A stretch of 20,000 bases of DNA, taken from assembly GCA_024346625.1 (NCBI GenBank), contig AP024665.1, forward strand, positions 2,404,585-2,424,584, written 5' to 3'. Shown here piece after piece: positions 8,601 through 16,691 of the stretch. The position numbers and the translations under genes are program-made. The notes beneath the pieces were generated by a model. The model saw only the letters and a program-made list of their open reading frames with translations. It searched no databases and was not told the origin of the DNA. Source of the DNA: Williopsis jadinii. Lineage: Eukaryota. How positions within the stretch are numbered: position 1 is the first letter of the stretch; each line of letters starts with the position of its first letter.

Positions 8601-10236
8601 TATTGACGATCAAGGAGAAACCAATAGTGGTTCTGTCATATTCTATGCTACCACTGATGCAGCTGGTTCATTCCTCACCACTTCTTCAACTGTATTGCAT
8701 ATTTCAGAATCGTCCACCCCGGTTCTTGAGACTATCACAATAATTCTTGAAGACGTCAATCCATCTGAAGACAGCAATACATCAGAAAATGGAACCATTT
8801 CTTCCACAGAAAATGGATTCTCAATGACGTTCGCTGAAACTGGTCCAACGGAAACAGTATCAGCTACCTTCATTCAAGGATCTTATATTGGCGAACAGCC
8901 CAGCTGGTCTATTAATATTGATGGAAGTTACGGGCCATGGAGCTCAGTTGAAGTAAGCGGGTCCAACGGAGGATCTCAATATAATATAACAGCAGCTGAA
9001 TGGAGTATTGATGGGGTCAATGTTATTGGCTCGATATTCATTGGCGAGAACTCTTATTCTGCAGAATTTTTCGGTATGATTGATGAATCATCAGATCTTG
9101 TTCTCTCAGTATTTTCACAAGCTACCGGGGATGCTCCGTATAACGCTGAAGTCCATATTGCAATCACAAATGTCAATGATAATGGGGAGACTGCTATACT
9201 GGAATTTGATGAAGAAATAGCCCTCACAGAAGATTCTCCAGTATTGGGGGACGCACAGGAGTCTATCCTTTCAGTCACAGACGATTTCAGTACTATTCCT
9301 GACCCAACCACAACTCTGTTTTCTGATCCACAAGGCAGTACAGCCGATGATGGTGAGGCACCCACGTCAATGGCAAGTTCTATTATGACTGAAACAGACG
9401 ATCAAATAAATTTCACCAGTGGTTCCAACGAAGTATCTTCCATATCCTCCATTTCAGAGAGTGTAGAAACGGGTTCACAGCTCTCAATGACAGATGACGA
9501 ACAAGAATCAGAATCTACTGCATCTGATGATAGTTCTACCACTTCATCGACCATTAACGAAGGTTATATCGCTGGTTATTACTTGGATGGTCAACCACAT
9601 TGGAGTGTCCTTATACCAGCTGCACTTGGTCCATGGAGCTCTATTGAAATACAAGGGGAAAATCCAGGAACGAATTATTACTTGTCTTCTGTGTTCTGGA
9701 GTTTGGATGGAGTTTATGTTCCTGGAGATATTTCTTTTGCCAGAAATGACTTCTCTGCCCAGTTCCAAGGGTCAATTGAGGAGCAATCAAGTCTTACACT
9801 TACTGTATCAGGACAAGCGATAGGTCCTGCTCCGTATTCGATTGATGCTCATATCACCATTCTGCTGCTGGAAGACAGTGTCACTCTTCTATTGAAAAGA
9901 GATAATCTTGAATTCGATCTGTCGTCTTCCTTGAATGAAGATGCGGATTATTGGAGTGATTCTGATACGTCTTTAGTAAGTTATTACAATGATGACCCAG
10001 ACCTCATTTCCTCTGTTCTTCAAACCGACGCATTTACAGCAACAACTCTATTTAGTGAGGAGGTTACTGTATCCAATACATTCGAAACATCGTTAGTTAA
10101 CTACACGGATTACCTCCCAAATTCGTCAGATCCAGGATACATACCATCTTTGTCGTCTTACATTGGAGCTGCTGTATCGGATCGCTTTGCAATCCCTTCG
10201 TTTTTCTTGTTGATTATTTCTTCCATTCTTTTGTAA
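2671..10236 (+). CDS. Giant GPI-anchored cell-wall adhesin/flocculin-like protein, 2521 aa (2503 aa if the 5970-6023 intron is spliced)
   Basis: Signal peptide MKLASFVLKLLLVIPLVFA; ~195-aa N-domain with six Cys; ~37 Thr-rich 38-44-aa repeats; Ser/Thr/acidic stalk; C-terminal GPI signal (SYIGAA followed by hydrophobic FAIPSFFLLIISSILL-stop); subtelomeric location typical of FLO/EPA-type genes. Confidence 0.9.
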   Translation: MKLASFVLKLLLVIPLVFAQSAEIYNVGFTTVTTQLNLARTLSHLCYYQTLSGALRDRAYSYMYTIRGETTRSTVLFVPVTYRQFTLTWYFRFEDPIYATDLAAAYSGSDISNLAGVVNLEQGELIASYKATFPQLTIITSVLSFCTLQYVSWTWSTYDPNGNVEFLSFYTGNIGSSATQLLDGIVCGAVNLLNCRVYSTSLSYACSDMSSSNCNKAAVLSADLGSSHQTRTSSQVQTTYSSPEAVSSSTEEASGTHNQLQPYTTVIWEDGESVQTGVVSFYVTTNNAGDLVTTQTTIFDARLPDTSTPIYWNESTWENGVGSSSTMTEDHGSPIMITAASDVTGPVVATFAEGDQTSTVEELQSPYTRTHLDSFGLAHTEIVSFYATTDDDGSLVTTSTTFEMDIIPAPFTTTLAAEMGYQTAVVSFYATTDEDGILVTETTTSTINSIPTPLTTLYENQNGDDLFGIVSHYATTDEYGELITTSTTSSLNGLPAPFTTVFLGGEGDLQSGVVSFYVTTESNGDLVTSDTTKILDKIPAPYTTTFADHEGLAQYGVVSFYATTDDNGNFVTSVTTSIMDGIQSPISVIFTDENDDIHSGVVSFFVTTDDAGLLHTTSTTLVAQGVPTPYTTTYANEQEQALVGIVSFFATTDEAGNLITTSTTSLLDGVPTPYTTTYYEDDTAQTGIVNFYVTTDDYGSLVTETSTLDVFGVPAAYATTFTDANNEIQSGTVSFYATTDTGGNLVTTSTTHIVTATTSPYTTTFTDNDDNVQSGIVYFFATTNDEGALVTDSTTSLLDDIPDPYTIIAEGTLGAEVVWFYATTDENGELITMSTASQAHGPPGPITDTIFGEEGEIKTRVASFFVTLDDAGSLITTSTISELDTLPTPFTTTFADDFGIAQTGIVSFYVTTDENGDLLTTSTLEALLNPPSPYTTTFVNDNEVIQTGIVTFFASTDDQGALTTYTRTDVISDIPDPYTTRYFDELNDAAIGVVSFYPTTDANGDLVTTSTTLIPTPFSTTFADSNGIAHTGIVSFFATTDSYGELVTTSTTQIIEGVPSPHTTTYMESDGELNTDIVSFFATTDGSGLFLTTEVTLNARYGSFLLHTTYEILTIFESMDPTFDYSNEGELISITPFTTLAPGGGFATLSASSIQSTTTDANILTGVESFNITSVDSSSTSSFLPGIAPPVTFTSTDSTGNTFIQVVTHYATTDEDGNLVTTSTTDTIEDLPTPFTTTGSGEDSVVSFYVTTNDDGKLITSSTFHPLPIQSQIETNIMGDDDSAAVISFFVTTDSDGALVTTSTTSALDEVPAPLTTYVEDGISEELGVVSFFRTTDADGELVEAETTLALEGIPEAFSMTFVDDDGYLRSGIVSFYATTDSIGNLVTTTTTSLQSAMPTPFTTVYLNDQNALQTGLVSFYATTDDEHSLVTSSTTYIYKNLPPPFTTTFTNEKTEIESGVVSFFATTDDDGVFITSSTTETLDHLPTQFITTYVDEEGILQTGKVGFLVTTGNDSELLTTSWTSSVNEIPAPHTTIDDDTQLAVASFYGTTDVDGQFVTTSTTFPVLGVPSPFTTTLITNESIQTAVVSLYATTNEVGNFVTDSTVSVLANAAVREHFTTTVTEDESTREGIVWNYLTTDTNGTLLTTSTTNFFIGVPTPFTTTFVESEQIQTGVVSFFATTDGDGSLVTLSTTELLDGIPRALTTTLMDDGVSVGVVTFYMTTDDNGDLLTTSSTSSLDGVPKPFTTTYIDSEDYLFTAVVSLYVTTNSEGELITTVSTSTITESTELLTTTVVDDNVTMTGVFSLYATTDNEGRLITTSSLHFLDQIVVPITTTYVDEDDILRTEIISFYATTDQYGDLVTTSTTSLAGIPTPFTTVYTVDGNVGVGVISFHVTTDDEGVLLTTSTTEALVATPFTTTFTDIEGLATGLVSFREDTDEDGNVLAYASTSIIGLNSSNGATTTDDGMPLPYGTTVIDDQGETNSGSVIFYATTDAAGSFLTTSSTVLHISESSTPVLETITIILEDVNPSEDSNTSENGTISSTENGFSMTFAETGPTETVSATFIQGSYIGEQPSWSINIDGSYGPWSSVEVSGSNGGSQYNITAAEWSIDGVNVIGSIFIGENSYSAEFFGMIDESSDLVLSVFSQATGDAPYNAEVHIAITNVNDNGETAILEFDEEIALTEDSPVLGDAQESILSVTDDFSTIPDPTTTLFSDPQGSTADDGEAPTSMASSIMTETDDQINFTSGSNEVSSISSISESVETGSQLSMTDDEQESESTASDDSSTTSSTINEGYIAGYYLDGQPHWSVLIPAALGPWSSIEIQGENPGTNYYLSSVFWSLDGVYVPGDISFARNDFSAQFQGSIEEQSSLTLTVSGQAIGPAPYSIDAHITILLLEDSVTLLLKRDNLEFDLSSSLNEDADYWSDSDTSLVSYYNDDPDLISSVLQTDAFTATTLFSEEVTVSNTFETSLVNYTDYLPNSSDPGYIPSLSSYIGAAVSDRFAIPSFFLLIISSILL
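3454..8700 (+). repeat. Intragenic megasatellite-like tandem repeat, ~37 degenerate units of ~115-132 bp (consensus PxPFTTTxxDxxGxxQTGxVSFYATTDxxGxLVTTSTT)
   Basis: Manual count of repeat units in the translation. One isolated unit from 3454, then two arms separated by non-repeat sequence at ~5970-6231. Confidence 0.9.
5970..6023 (+). other. Candidate 54-nt in-frame spliceosomal intron in the adhesin gene
   Basis: AAG|GTATGG donor at 5970, perfect TACTAAC branch point at 6005-6011, AAG acceptor at 6021-6023. Length is a multiple of 3 with no stop codon. The encoded peptide RYGSFLLHTTYEILTIFE is compositionally out of character. Confidence 0.6.
8872..9165 (+). repeat. Copy 1 of a duplicated ~98-aa globular domain in the adhesin
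   Basis: IQGSYIGEQPSWSINIDGSYGPWSS...APYNAEVHIAI aligns without gaps to copy 2 (about 46/98 identical by hand count). Confidence 0.85.
9568..9861 (+). repeat. Copy 2 of the duplicated ~98-aa domain
   Basis: IAGYYLDGQPHWSVLIPAALGPWSS...APYSIDAHITI. Confidence 0.85.
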
Positions 10237-10356
10237 AATCGCAATAAAGCTTATTGAATCTTTATATAACCATGTAGGTCAGAATACTGAATCTTGAAAG
10301 CAAAACAGCTGGAACGTGATCACTTTTATTCGTGTAAACTTTGACAAGTTGTGAAA

Positions 10357-10363
10357 TCACGTG
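10357..10363 (+). promoter_or_regulatory. Cbf1 (CDEI/E-box) site TCACGTG
   Basis: Exact TCACGTG in the intergenic region upstream of the YCT1 homolog, near Met31/32 sites. Confidence 0.5.
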
Positions 10364-10517
10364 CCTGAGCGTTCAATGTGTCTACAAGATGATAACCAGT
10401 TACTCATAAAAGAAGGTGTCATAAGCGCCTCAGTCCTACAATAAAGCTCTTCTTGTGAAACACAAATCGAAGTACCTTTCTAGCTGCTGTCGTCATTTAT
10501 CTTTAATATGACTACTA

Positions 10518-10526
10518 AAACTGTGG
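10518..10526 (+). promoter_or_regulatory. Met31/Met32 site AAACTGTGG
   Basis: Exact consensus upstream of the cysteine transporter. Confidence 0.6.
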
Positions 10527-11309
10527 AGTTCTATTCGTTCTCCTTTTCAAACGCCGTAAATTAATGATACTGCATGAATTAAAGAATCTGATCCATATCA
10601 TCTATCTCTAACATGCAGAATAACATTGATGTGGTATAAGGAACAGTATCAATCAAAATTTAGCAATCTTTGTACCAAATCATAGTCGAACTCATTCACT
10701 CATGGAATTCTTCAACTGAGAACACAATGCAAAAAACAGGAGTTTATGAACACTTGAACTTACCCACAACTCCCATTTATGATGATCTGCAGATACAGAA
10801 GTGACTACAGCTACGAAATCTAGTTGTCAATGATGCTTTGCGTTGATTTGGCAGGTCTCAAGCCACAATAAATGAAGGTGAAAGGTGGAAAAGAGAGTGA
10901 AACCACCATTTTAACCCTATATCTATACACCTTCAAGTACATGAAAACTCTCATGAAAATTTTTGTGTGGCTTCTAAAAGCGTGCCATACAATGGTGTGA
11001 CTTAAAACAGGTTGATAGAGGACATTTCCAATTATGTTGAAGCTCATTGCGCTGTTTGAATCATATTACACAAATCTGCTTTGTCTAAAAACGCAACCAC
11101 TTGTGGTACCTTTCCGACGTCTCTGTTCGTGGTGAAACCAAGGTGAACGTTCATCGCTGAAAAAATTTGACTCCGGAGATAGGAACGTGGAGCCGCACAA
11201 AAAATAAGATGTACAAGTAAAAGCATTGGGAGCCTGACGCTTCTTCATGCAGAGTACATTTGATCTTAAACCCATTGCTAGAGGTAGGGAAATTTTTGCC
11301 TCAATAGAC

Positions 11310-11319
11310 GCCACAGTTT
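11310..11319 (-). promoter_or_regulatory. Met31/Met32 site AAACTGTGGC, proximal to a TATA-like TATATAA (11350-11356)
   Basis: GCCACAGTTT on + strand is a full consensus match, ~105 bp upstream of the ATG at 11425. Confidence 0.75.
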
Positions 11320-11424
11320 AGCGTATCTACGCGTGATGAGCTTTCCGAGTATATAACGAGGTCGATGCTCTTCATCTAAGACAAAAGATGGATAGAATAG
11401 TTCTTGACATCCAAAGCAAACAAT

Positions 11425-13023
11425 ATGTCTAAAGAGGTTGACTCGCTCCATACTTTGGAGAAGAGTTCATTTGACAAGCCATTGAATGGATACAATGAAG
11501 TTGCTGGTTCACTTTCTAAACAGTATAAAGTTATTTCTTCAAGAGATGCTGATGTTACTCTCAAATTCCAAGAGGAATGGGATTCACAGGTACCAGAGAT
11601 TACTCCAGAACAAGAGGCTAAACTCTCGAGGAAGGTGTCTTGGTACATTGTTACATTCACTGCCACTGTGAACCTCATGCTTTACATGGATAAGGCAACT
11701 TTATCATATGCAGCCATCTTGGGACTCTTTGAGGACACAAAGCTCACAACAGGAGAATACAATAACGCCAACACTCTATTTTATGTTGGCTTTATCCTTG
11801 GGCAAATACCAGGTGTGTACCTCTTGCAAAAACTCCCGGTGGGTCGTTATCTTACAGGTTTGACAGTATCATGGACTTTAATCATCTTTCTAAGTTGTAC
11901 CATGCACAATTTCCAAGGTGTTTACGCTGTTAGATTCTTCCTAGGCCTTGTTGAAGCAGTTGTCGTTCCAATCTTAAACAATACCATGGGTCAATTTCTC
12001 ACATCGAAGGAAAAGGCTGCTGCTGCACCATTATTCTACTCCACTTGTCTTGGTGTGACAATTCCAGCTGGTTTCATCGCCTATGGTGTAATATACGCGG
12101 AGAATACGATATCTGGCTGGAAGATCTTCATGATTATTATTGGTGGACTCACTTTCATTATGGGTATCTTTATCTTCTTTTTCTATCCTGATAACCCAAC
12201 AAATGTAAAGGGTTTCTCGATCGAAGAGAAGATCTGGATCATTCGTAGAGTACAGCAGTCTACAGGGTCATCCATTGAGCAGAAATATTTCAAGAAGTAC
12301 CAGGCTGTAGAGGCATTGAAGGATCCAATAACGTGGCTTTTTTTCGGCTACATATTCTTTTCTCAGTTGGCTAACAATTTGCCGTATCAACAGAATCTTT
12401 TGTTTGAAGAGATGGGCGGTATTTCAAACTTGGATTCGACCTTGGTTTCAGTTGCATCTGGTGGGTTCGCAGTAGTGTGCTGTATACTCTCTTGGGCTTT
12501 CATGTGGAAATTTCCAAACACCTCTGCATTTTCCGCGATCTTCTGGACTATCCCATCATTTGTTGGTTCAATACTCGCTGTTGCTCTCCCATGGGACAAT
12601 AAGATCGGTATTCTTGCCGCTCTCTGTCTCGCTTCTCCGGTGTTTGGTATTCCTTACATCATTATGTTCTCATGGAATTCAGCAACAGCTTCTGGCTACA
12701 CAAAGAAGATGGTTCGTAATGCTACGATAATGATAGCCATGGGTATTTCCAACCTGATATCTCCGCAGCTATGGAGATCCAACGATTCTCCACGTTATAA
12801 GAGCGCATGGATCGTTCAGATTGTTTTGTCATTTAGTGCTGCTCCATTTTTATGCTTTGTCATTTGGTGGATATTGAAAAGACGTAACACTGAGCGTTTG
12901 GCAGAAATGGATAACAGTGAAAAGGTTGGTGTCATCAAAGATGAAGATAAAGAAGTTGTCGTGAATCTAGCTACATTGGATCTGACAGACTTGGAGAACA
13001 AGACCTTTTTGTATCCACTTTGA
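11425..13023 (+). CDS. YCT1: High-affinity cysteine transporter, Dal5/ACS family MFS (YCT1 homolog), 532 aa
   Basis: Motifs recalled from S. cerevisiae Yct1: ADVTL.F.EE.D..VPEITPEQE.KL, LYMDKATLSY, WIIRRVQ.STGSSIEQK, QLANNLPYQQNLLFE.MGG, SGYTKK, C-terminal DLTDLEN.TF.YPL. Start moved from the track's TTG (11404) to the first ATG (MSKEVD). Confidence 0.9.
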   Translation: MSKEVDSLHTLEKSSFDKPLNGYNEVAGSLSKQYKVISSRDADVTLKFQEEWDSQVPEITPEQEAKLSRKVSWYIVTFTATVNLMLYMDKATLSYAAILGLFEDTKLTTGEYNNANTLFYVGFILGQIPGVYLLQKLPVGRYLTGLTVSWTLIIFLSCTMHNFQGVYAVRFFLGLVEAVVVPILNNTMGQFLTSKEKAAAAPLFYSTCLGVTIPAGFIAYGVIYAENTISGWKIFMIIIGGLTFIMGIFIFFFYPDNPTNVKGFSIEEKIWIIRRVQQSTGSSIEQKYFKKYQAVEALKDPITWLFFGYIFFSQLANNLPYQQNLLFEEMGGISNLDSTLVSVASGGFAVVCCILSWAFMWKFPNTSAFSAIFWTIPSFVGSILAVALPWDNKIGILAALCLASPVFGIPYIIMFSWNSATASGYTKKMVRNATIMIAMGISNLISPQLWRSNDSPRYKSAWIVQIVLSFSAAPFLCFVIWWILKRRNTERLAEMDNSEKVGVIKDEDKEVVVNLATLDLTDLENKTFLYPL

Positions 13024-13202
13024 GAATCTGCTTTAGCATTTTGGAGGAGGTTTGAAGCGGGTAAGTTGTTTAATATGGTTTAATATGTCCTAATAACTAC
13101 AACAACTGTAGCCCGACTATTACTGTTTATACATGTATTCAACATGTCGCAAGAAACATAACATCTTCCGTGTTGAATACAATCACATAACGAAAGCATA
13201 TC

Positions 13203-14732
13203 TTACTTACTGTGTGTGTAATTTTTGAACGAATCAGAATCTTCCTCTGCATATTCAGGATCCGAAACTTCGATTACGCCATTATCAGAAGCCCTAATTC
13301 TGTTGAGCTCTTCATTTCTCTTGACAGCTTTCTTGTACACAAAGATGACGTAACTTATCGAAGAAAAAAATGAGACACCGACAAATAAAATGGACATCTT
13401 GTAACCCCATTTGAAGTTTGGAGCTTGGTTAGCAGGCCAAAGATAAAGCGTGAGCCATGCATTATTGGCATAGACCAAGACAACAGCCGCACCAGTCGCA
13501 ATGGCTCTCTTTTCAGGCGAAAGAGCATACACCTCTGCTAGAAGGGAAATCAGTAAGGAAGTAACACCATCTGAGATAGGAATCATGAAAAAGGCAGCAT
13601 ACTTGATCCCGTTATTCGATGGCCAAATTGCAAGAACTATATTTGAGAAGAAGTCAATGAGAAGTTGAATTCCAAGGACGTATCCAGGACTTTGTGTAAG
13701 GTCAGAAACCTTTGCCCAAAAAATCACACTCACCATTGAGATGGCGTTTCCACCGATGGGAATAAGATTAACTTGCTCAACACTCCAAACACGACTTCCA
13801 TCTTCATGCGCTATACTCTTTAACCACAGGTTGAAGTAAGAAAACGCTGCACACCAAGCCTTTGGACAATATGCAGCCAAAAATAGCCAAAGTCTCCAAT
13901 CCAAGAACACTTCATAGAACTCTTTAAATCTGAATCTTCTGGTTGTTTCTCTTCCTACCCTTTGCATTCTCTCGACAGCAATTTCAACGTCGGACTCGTT
14001 CATCCAAATCTTAGAACCTCCATTTTGCGGAGTATCTGGAATGAAGAAATAACCACTAAGGCCAACTGCTATGGTCATCAAGCCATTGATGATAAAGAGC
14101 CACTCAAACCCTTCAAGTCCATGGACTCCGTTCAGTGTTTTGTAGATAGCTGATTGAAGAAAGCCTGAAAACATGTTACCAGCGTAGTAAGAGGCTTGGA
14201 ATATACCGATCCTAGTGGCAAGTTCTTCCTTTGTATAATAATTCATCAAGGTAATAATGATACCAGGCCAACTGGATGCCTCGAAGAAACCTATAAAGAA
14301 ACGCAAAGGGTACAAACCCTGTGGAGACTTTGGAATTGAGCAGAGGGCCACCAGAACACCCCAAATGATCTCAAAAGTACTAAGCAAATAGGCTGGCTTT
14401 ACCTTATTCATGAGAATCTGTGATGGAATTAGCGATATGGAGTAACCTATTTTGAAATAGGTATCAAGCCAGTTATAATCCTTTCCTTGAAAGTTCAACG
14501 CCTCCTTCATACCAGATACATATGCGTTAGACACATTGCTTTGATCTATAGATTTCATAAAGTAAGCAACTGTGGTCCATGTTAAGAGGAACAAGTCTAC
14601 TTTTCTGACAAACTTTTTCTCTCTAGGAGACTTGTACTCAACTTTTGGAAAGACCTTTCTCCAAAATGATGGTTCATCTTTCAAAACTATCTCATCTGAG
14701 GTGACTTGTACTTGTTCAGTACGTTTTGACAT
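13203..14732 (-). CDS. ACS/Dal5-family MFS permease of the FEN2/Liz1/SEO1/VHT1 group, 509 aa; substrate uncertain
   Basis: EKKFVRKVD, DQSNVSNAYVSGMKEAL, RFFIGFFEA, YTKEELATR, LNGVHGLEG, YFNLWLKS, WPANQAP; multiple hydrophobic segments. TATAAA on the - strand at 14801-14806. Confidence 0.88.
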   Translation of the reverse strand: MSKRTEQVQVTSDEIVLKDEPSFWRKVFPKVEYKSPREKKFVRKVDLFLLTWTTVAYFMKSIDQSNVSNAYVSGMKEALNFQGKDYNWLDTYFKIGYSISLIPSQILMNKVKPAYLLSTFEIIWGVLVALCSIPKSPQGLYPLRFFIGFFEASSWPGIIITLMNYYTKEELATRIGIFQASYYAGNMFSGFLQSAIYKTLNGVHGLEGFEWLFIINGLMTIAVGLSGYFFIPDTPQNGGSKIWMNESDVEIAVERMQRVGRETTRRFRFKEFYEVFLDWRLWLFLAAYCPKAWCAAFSYFNLWLKSIAHEDGSRVWSVEQVNLIPIGGNAISMVSVIFWAKVSDLTQSPGYVLGIQLLIDFFSNIVLAIWPSNNGIKYAAFFMIPISDGVTSLLISLLAEVYALSPEKRAIATGAAVVLVYANNAWLTLYLWPANQAPNFKWGYKMSILFVGVSFFSSISYVIFVYKKAVKRNEELNRIRASDNGVIEVSDPEYAEEDSDSFKNYTHSK

Positions 14733-15275
14733 TTGGTCTGCTGATTCTGGGGAGGAGACAAATTGTCGTTATTGGTTTTTGTATTGCGAGATTCATCCAA
14801 TTTATAATTCCAAAGATCATCCTTCTATACCGAAGTAACAACCAAACTGTGAGTGGAAGATAGAGAAGGAAAAGTGAGAAAAAAGGAAGAGCAAAAACAC
14901 ATAAGCAATGTCAATGACTGTTTCAGTCGAGATATCTCATCTCAAAAAAGGTAAACACGCGTATAAGCGAACAATTTGCAATGTGGACCCCAAAATTGTT
15001 CAACACTTGCATCGACACTTTTACTCCTGTTAAGCGAACGTTTGGGCACCTCCACAGTTGTAAACCAAGATTCTGTCGGACCTCCTTCTCCGTATGTGTA
15101 TAGACCTCCACATTTATCAGTCCAATATTGATGATGGCTTCGTAGATAAGTTCAAAACTTGCATTCAATGTTTGTGGCGTTTTAGTTATGTTCCAAACTT
15201 TTGTGTCTGTTTTCGTTTGTGCCAAGATATGCAATATCGGCAATTAACACGTTTTCAACCAAACAACCGGTGTCA

Positions 15276-15283
15276 ATGACTCA
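15276..15283 (+). promoter_or_regulatory. Gcn4/AP-1-type site ATGACTCA (second TGACTCA at 15821-15827)
   Basis: Exact TGACTCA matches in the divergent intergenic region upstream of the FEN2/SEO1-like gene. Confidence 0.4.
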
Positions 15284-16576
15284 GGTAGCGGTGCTTTTTC
15301 AGCGGACTTTCTCCCAACGGAGGAGATGCAAGATTTTCAATTTTTAAACCGCCCCTATACAGACATATCTCCATAGAGTCTCGAGTTCTGTCCACTTCAC
15401 ATTACTCATCACCAGTCAGGGTTTCTTTCTTGAGCACGGATAACAGTTGCGAGGCAATATATAAACCTCTGGATCACTGAGTGAGATATCACATTCATGA
15501 CAGTTGGTCATTAAGGTTTGTGGTATAATAGCTGGTACTCGAAGAACTAGTATCTGTCGGTATACGATTACGGGTAATACCTGAAATGGAAATGTGTCCA
15601 TATATGGTAATATGGCGTGCTATGACAAACTCGGATAATGGAAAAAAGCTGAATAAGCTGCCGCTGATTAAATCAGTCTGCATAATATCTAAGTATCATT
15701 ACAAGTATCTTCTGTAGAGTGTACGCTTATTAGGATCCAGTCCTAGTGAGACTATATGATATACCAATGTACGTCTATCTATTGTGGTGTGCCATCATCA
15801 GTAAGTTATTCATAGGCATTTGACTCATCATTGTGTAAGTCTCTCCTTGGTACCTTACCTTTGCACGGCTAGGTAAGCTACCGAGCTTGGGAAGTTAAGA
15901 ACTCAACCGTTGGAACCAGTGGGGAATGGCTGTTCTTTGAAGTTCCTCTTTCCAAACGCCACCTTTTGATCTCTGTGTTGTGCTGAGAATTGACATCTAA
16001 GCTTCAAGCTTGTGCATGATGATCCACAATCTATCAATGATCTGAGAGATGCACCGCTTTCGTAATTAATCGAAAACTACAAAGAAGATCAGATGTAATT
16101 TACAGTTTAGAGATTGCTCCACAGTTGGTAGATCACAAATCTACTAAATGATCTGGAACAATGTGAAGTGTCTAGGATATCCTAGAATAGGAACTTTATG
16201 GAAATTTCTTGACTATTCTACCAGGGAAGCTTAACTGCCTTGAATGTGAGAGTTTTCCAGTGAATTCCATGTCCTTAGCCATATAAGTAAGTGTTAATAG
16301 TCTGAGTCTGTCTATGCTTAGAGGTATTTAGAAAGCAACGAAGCTTACACTGCTCGTTATGTCTGCTAATAGTACTAAGTCTGATGCCTGGGCTATTACC
16401 CGGTTAAAGTTACAAGTTTCGCACATCTTAATGGTATTTCTCACATTAAAAGCTCTTATAGTGGTCTGAAAGTCTTAACATACTCTCAATCTCATGATCT
16501 CGAAAGCTTGCATCTGGGGGGAAGCAGAGATCAATCTATTTATCTCCCTCAACGCTTAACACCACCTGTGTAAACC

Positions 16577-16634
16577 ACCACAGCTTCTTCCTCAATCGAT
16601 AGTGAACCACAGCTTCTTCCCCAGTCGATGGTAA
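16577..16634 (+). repeat. 29-bp tandem duplication (2 copies, 25/29 identical)
   Basis: ACCACAGCTTCTTCCTCAATCGATAGTGA / ACCACAGCTTCTTCCCCAGTCGATGGTAA. All four differences are transitions. Confidence 0.85.
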
Positions 16635-16691
16635 GCCAGCTCAAAACACAGAATCGGGTATCAGACACCGAACCACCTTCACGACATGAGT

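Noticed and set aside
4166..9823. Alternative-frame and antisense ORFs inside the adhesin (and similar ones inside the other genes)
   Set aside because: Shadow ORFs produced by biased codon composition.
11404..11424. Upstream TTG starts for YCT1 (11404) and the MFS (17396)
   Set aside because: Non-ATG starts from the ORF track; the in-frame ATGs at 11425 and 17471 fit eukaryotic initiation and expected N-termini.
15506..15583. KVCGIIAGTRRTSIC as a remnant of a Lot6-like FMN reductase N-terminus
   Set aside because: Only ~12 loosely matching residues, no in-frame ATG and no continuing similarity.
16662..16669. CAGACACC as a possible telomerase RNA template
   Set aside because: Only one repeat length; a template needs terminal redundancy beyond one unit, and the flanks mismatch.
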